In this document: positions 60,589-64,000 of the stretch, one piece after another
Layout of the letters: the number at the start of each line of letters is the position of its first letter
How positions within the stretch are numbered: position 1 is the stretch's first letter
DNA from: Minisyncoccota bacterium
Lineage (GTDB): Bacteria > Patescibacteriota > Minisyncoccia > Phycocordibacterales > UBA918
Direction of reading: 5' to 3'
DNA: 64,000 bases
NCBI GenBank assembly: GCA_041389025.1
Contig: JAWKSP010000001.1
Location: forward strand, 414,663-478,662
Made by a program: the position numbers and the translations under genes
Notes under the pieces: model-generated
Database searches by the model: none
What the model was told of the DNA's origin: nothing
Seen by the model: the letters and a program-made list of their open reading frames with translations, nothing else

Positions 60589-61842
60589 ATGGAAAAAGAT
60601 TTATCGGCTGTAATAAAAGCTATTACAAGAGAATCAAGTGGTCGATTAGAAAAAATACGTCAATTACCACTGATTGAGCAGAGTGCGGTGTTTCAAGAGT
60701 TGTCCCCTTACGTTCAGCAATCCCTTTTGTCAAAAATGAGAATCAATCACATTGTTGAGCTGATTGATTATATGGATCCGCGTCAAGCTGAAAATATCAT
60801 TACCAGAATTAAGGATGATAAAAAGCGCACAAAAATAATAAGAAGAGTAAAAAGTGAAGCTAGGGAAAAGATAGAGTTTTTTCTACGTTTCCATCCCAAG
60901 GCTACAATGTCATTGATTAGCTTTAATTATGTTTTGTTGTCCAGTCAGTCAACAATAACTGAGGCAGCTGATGCAATTGAAGAACACTATCATGACACTG
61001 GAAAGTTTCCGGAAGTGTTGGTGCATGAGAACGGAAAGTTGATTGGAGAAGTACCGATGTCTACTTTGGTCAGGCACCAAAATGGTGCGGTTCTAGGTAA
61101 GTATACGGTGTCTGTGCAGTCAATTACTTTCCAGGCTGAAGTGGCTGAGGTAATCGATGTTCTTACTGTATCTAAACGTAAAAAAGTGGTGGTGCTTGAT
61201 AGTGATGAAAGTGTACTTGGTATTATTTATGCTGATGAAGCGTTAGCTTTGTTTGGTAAATTACCGGCAGAATCTTTTTATAATGTTAGCGGTGTTGATG
61301 AAACGGAACGACCGTTTGACTCAGTTTGGCAAAAATTTAGAAATCGCTATAAATGGTTAATTTTAAACCTAGCTACCGGTTTCTTGGCCGCTTCCATGGT
61401 CTTTATTTTTGCTGATACTTTAGCAGCTTTGGTTATTTTAGCTGCTTATATTCCAATTGTAGCTGGTATGGGTGGTAATGCCGCCAGTCAAACTTTTGCG
61501 GTAATGCTTAGAGGTATTACCTTAGGTACTATTTCTTTTAAAAATGGTTGGCCGGCCATAAGAAGAGAAGTGGGAGCTGGAGTCCTAAATGGTGTTTTAA
61601 TTGGAGCGATTGTAGCAGTGATATCGGTGGTTTGGAATAATGATCCGTTGCTCGGGGTAGTGGTTGGTTTTAGTATGATTGGAGCGCATATCGTGGCTGG
61701 GTTTTTCGGTGCCTTTGTGCCGCTGTTTATCAAGTATTTAGGTAAAGATCCAGCTTCTACTTCAACTATTTTCATCACTACCGCTACTGATGTGCTGGGT
61801 CTTTTTATCTTGCTAAGTCTCGGTTCTTTGATAATGTTATAG
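60589..61842 (+). CDS. mgtE: Magnesium transporter MgtE
   Basis: CBS domains, AGMGGNA, GKDPA, TTATDV. Confidence 0.92.
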   Translation: MEKDLSAVIKAITRESSGRLEKIRQLPLIEQSAVFQELSPYVQQSLLSKMRINHIVELIDYMDPRQAENIITRIKDDKKRTKIIRRVKSEAREKIEFFLRFHPKATMSLISFNYVLLSSQSTITEAADAIEEHYHDTGKFPEVLVHENGKLIGEVPMSTLVRHQNGAVLGKYTVSVQSITFQAEVAEVIDVLTVSKRKKVVVLDSDESVLGIIYADEALALFGKLPAESFYNVSGVDETERPFDSVWQKFRNRYKWLILNLATGFLAASMVFIFADTLAALVILAAYIPIVAGMGGNAASQTFAVMLRGITLGTISFKNGWPAIRREVGAGVLNGVLIGAIVAVISVVWNNDPLLGVVVGFSMIGAHIVAGFFGAFVPLFIKYLGKDPASTSTIFITTATDVLGLFILLSLGSLIML

Positions 61843-61867
61843 TCATTTAAATTTATAAAATGATTTT

Positions 61868-62695
61868 ATGGGCATAGAAATTTGGTTGGCGGTAGCAGGA
61901 CTCATGTTGGTATCTTTATCTGGAGTTTTGTTTGTTCAAAAAACTATTCGTGGCGTGGTAGAAAACAGATTGCCTTTTTTGGTGTCTTTTTCGGCCGGAG
62001 TTTTTCTGGTGACAGCTGGCGCTTTAACGCTCGAAGTTTTTGAGCAAGTTTCATCGGTGTGGATGGGAGTATTGTTGGTGGTAGGTGGATATCTATTGGC
62101 TACACTTGGAGGTTTTATTATGCCTGAGGTACATCACCATCATGATGAATCTTGTGGTGAAAGTAAATCTTCCGCAAAAAAGTTAATGATTGGAGATGCT
62201 TTACACAATATAGGCGATGGAGTGGTTTTGGTTACTGCTTTTACTGTTTCGCCAATCTTGGGGGTAGCGACCGCAGTATCTTTAGCGGTCCATGAAACTT
62301 TGCAAGAAATTGCTGAATTTTTTGTTTTAAGACAGGCTGGTTATTCAACTAAGCAAGCTTTGCTATTAAATTTTTCCATTTCCTCCACTGTCATAATCGG
62401 TGTTTTAATTGGGTATTTTGCTTTAGATATACCCAATCTTGAAGTGGTGCTTCTAGCGGTGAGTGCTGGATTTTTCTTACAAGTAGTAGTGCATGACCTT
62501 TTGCCAAAGCGAGCCAAATACGAAGAGGAGAAAGAGTTTGGCCTTCATGTGCTTTTGGTTTTAGTTGGGGTGCTTATTATGGCCTTGGTATCAACGGCGC
62601 TTGGAGAAAGTCACTCGCATGGTGGTGATGTTCATGACGATGAGCGTGATGAATACTTACTCGAAATAGAAACGAATCACAACCAAGATCATTAA
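61868..62695 (+). CDS. ZIP family metal transporter
   Basis: HHHH loop, GDALHNIGDG, HETLQE, His-rich tail. Confidence 0.9.
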   Translation: MGIEIWLAVAGLMLVSLSGVLFVQKTIRGVVENRLPFLVSFSAGVFLVTAGALTLEVFEQVSSVWMGVLLVVGGYLLATLGGFIMPEVHHHHDESCGESKSSAKKLMIGDALHNIGDGVVLVTAFTVSPILGVATAVSLAVHETLQEIAEFFVLRQAGYSTKQALLLNFSISSTVIIGVLIGYFALDIPNLEVVLLAVSAGFFLQVVVHDLLPKRAKYEEEKEFGLHVLLVLVGVLIMALVSTALGESHSHGGDVHDDERDEYLLEIETNHNQDH

Positions 62696-62716
62696 TAAAA
62701 ACAATAATAATATCGT

Positions 62717-63481
62717 ATGAACGCTACACATAATTTTTATGATATCAATAAATTCCCAAAAGAGTACGGGATTATTGTTTTTCCTATTTCGATTGCAAGA
62801 GCTCAAAATGGTACCGGTCAGGATCCAAAACAGTGCTTAGAATATCTATATCACTTTTCTCCCTCTAAAGTGAGTGCTCCTAAAATAGGACTAAACGTAG
62901 TATATAGTGATTCTTTGTATCTGCATTCTGATTTACCGGCCGCTAGTTTAAAAGAACGTTTCTCAAAAATTATTTTAGCTCACAAAAACGCTCTTAGTCG
63001 CTTACTTGACAAAGATAGGGAACGTTTTCAGATACAGCACGCTTTTTCTTATGAGGTTTGGAACCAGTTATATCTTAGTTATCAAGGGGATTTTACTTCT
63101 GACTTCGCTCGATTTAGAAAAATGTATGATGCTGACCCGTTGTTTCAAAAATATGTGGCTGAGGACGCCAAATATGCCGGTAGAGAACTGGATGACAATC
63201 AAACCAATTTCTTTTTAGAAGAACACTTAATAGTATATTCTTTAAGTAAAAGAAAAATTTCTCTACCAAACGAATACATAATGGGGCGTGAAGAATGGGT
63301 TTTGGTTTGCTATCCAGGGGTTCCGCTTAAAGCACAGATATACACGATGCAAATGAATCCATTTAACCTAAATGACCAGACTAACCCTTACCAAAATCAT
63401 TGGTATGACTTAGAATCCAGACGGCTAACTGACATGAGTAAAGTTGACTTGGAAGTCTACAACTATCAATATCCAAATTGA
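62717..63481 (+). CDS. Divergent tRNA-dependent cyclodipeptide synthase (CDPS)-like protein
   Basis: FPIS (S25), VVYSD, W115, FFLEE (E169), YPG (Y199-P200) in CDPS order; 254 aa. Confidence 0.55.
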   Translation: MNATHNFYDINKFPKEYGIIVFPISIARAQNGTGQDPKQCLEYLYHFSPSKVSAPKIGLNVVYSDSLYLHSDLPAASLKERFSKIILAHKNALSRLLDKDRERFQIQHAFSYEVWNQLYLSYQGDFTSDFARFRKMYDADPLFQKYVAEDAKYAGRELDDNQTNFFLEEHLIVYSLSKRKISLPNEYIMGREEWVLVCYPGVPLKAQIYTMQMNPFNLNDQTNPYQNHWYDLESRRLTDMSKVDLEVYNYQYPN

Positions 63482-63535
63482 TTAGCTGGCAAGCAAAATA
63501 GGTAAGAAATGATGTTTTTTGTTATACTTTAGGTT

Positions 63536-64000
63536 ATGAGTCGAATGGAGATTTGGACTACATATATTTTATTGATCGTTTTCTTGGTTATGGGTGGTTT
63601 TTTTGTTTATGCTACATATCAAAGCGATGAAAAAATGATTGATATCGATAAAGGTTTAGACAATCTTGGCAAGTCTGATTTAAGTAATCAGTTTAAATCA
63701 GACTTTGCAACTTCTACTTTAGATAACACTGACCAAACCAACTGGCGAGAAATCTATCCAAACACTGTGACTATTATGATTGGAGAGACTATCGTAAATG
63801 CTTCTCTGGCTAAAACTTTACCAGAAGTAATAAAAGGTCTGTCCGACACTCCTTATTTACCAGAAGATGTAGTTAAGCTATTCATCTTTGATCAGTTAGG
63901 GTTTCATCCGATTTGGATGAAGGATATGAATTATTCTATAGACATTCTGTGGCTAAATAAGGATAAAGAAATTATTCATATAATAAAAGAAGCAAGTCCA
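63536..64000 (+). CDS. DUF192 domain protein (truncated by window end)
   Basis: Not in ORF track: N-terminal TM then IKGLS...LFIF...IWMKDMNYSIDILWL. Confidence 0.8.
   Translation, partial: MSRMEIWTTYILLIVFLVMGGFFVYATYQSDEKMIDIDKGLDNLGKSDLSNQFKSDFATSTLDNTDQTNWREIYPNTVTIMIGETIVNASLAKTLPEVIKGLSDTPYLPEDVVKLFIFDQLGFHPIWMKDMNYSIDILWLNKDKEIIHIIKEASP

Overview
AT-rich bacterial chromosomal segment using genetic code 11 (TGA is used as a stop). The gene content and architecture are typical of a Patescibacteria/CPR (Parcubacteria-like) genome, which is an inference. It carries ftsH, a MacAB-like ABC exporter, recG, a malic enzyme, a secretin-less type IV pilus/competence operon (comF, pilMNO, pilB, pilT, pilC, pilins, pilD) running into ligA and gatCA, prfB, ftsEX, pyrG, a copper/persulfide/metal-homeostasis cluster, rlmB, mgtE, a ZIP transporter and seven tRNA genes. 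The most striking unexplained structure is non-coding. Four of the seven tRNA genes have adjacent degenerate shadow copies of themselves interrupted by hairpin insertions, including an intact tRNA-Ile(UAU) nested inside the anticodon loop of a split copy of the same tRNA. The intergenic DNA also holds many long (11-30 bp arm) near-perfect palindromes with tiny loops. Other notable items are a divergent cyclodipeptide-synthase-like gene, two PEP-CTERM-like proteins, a candidate structured ncRNA, a CstR-like persulfide operon, and a clear split between leaderless core genes and Shine-Dalgarno-led orphan genes. All calls come from motifs read by eye; no database searches were run.
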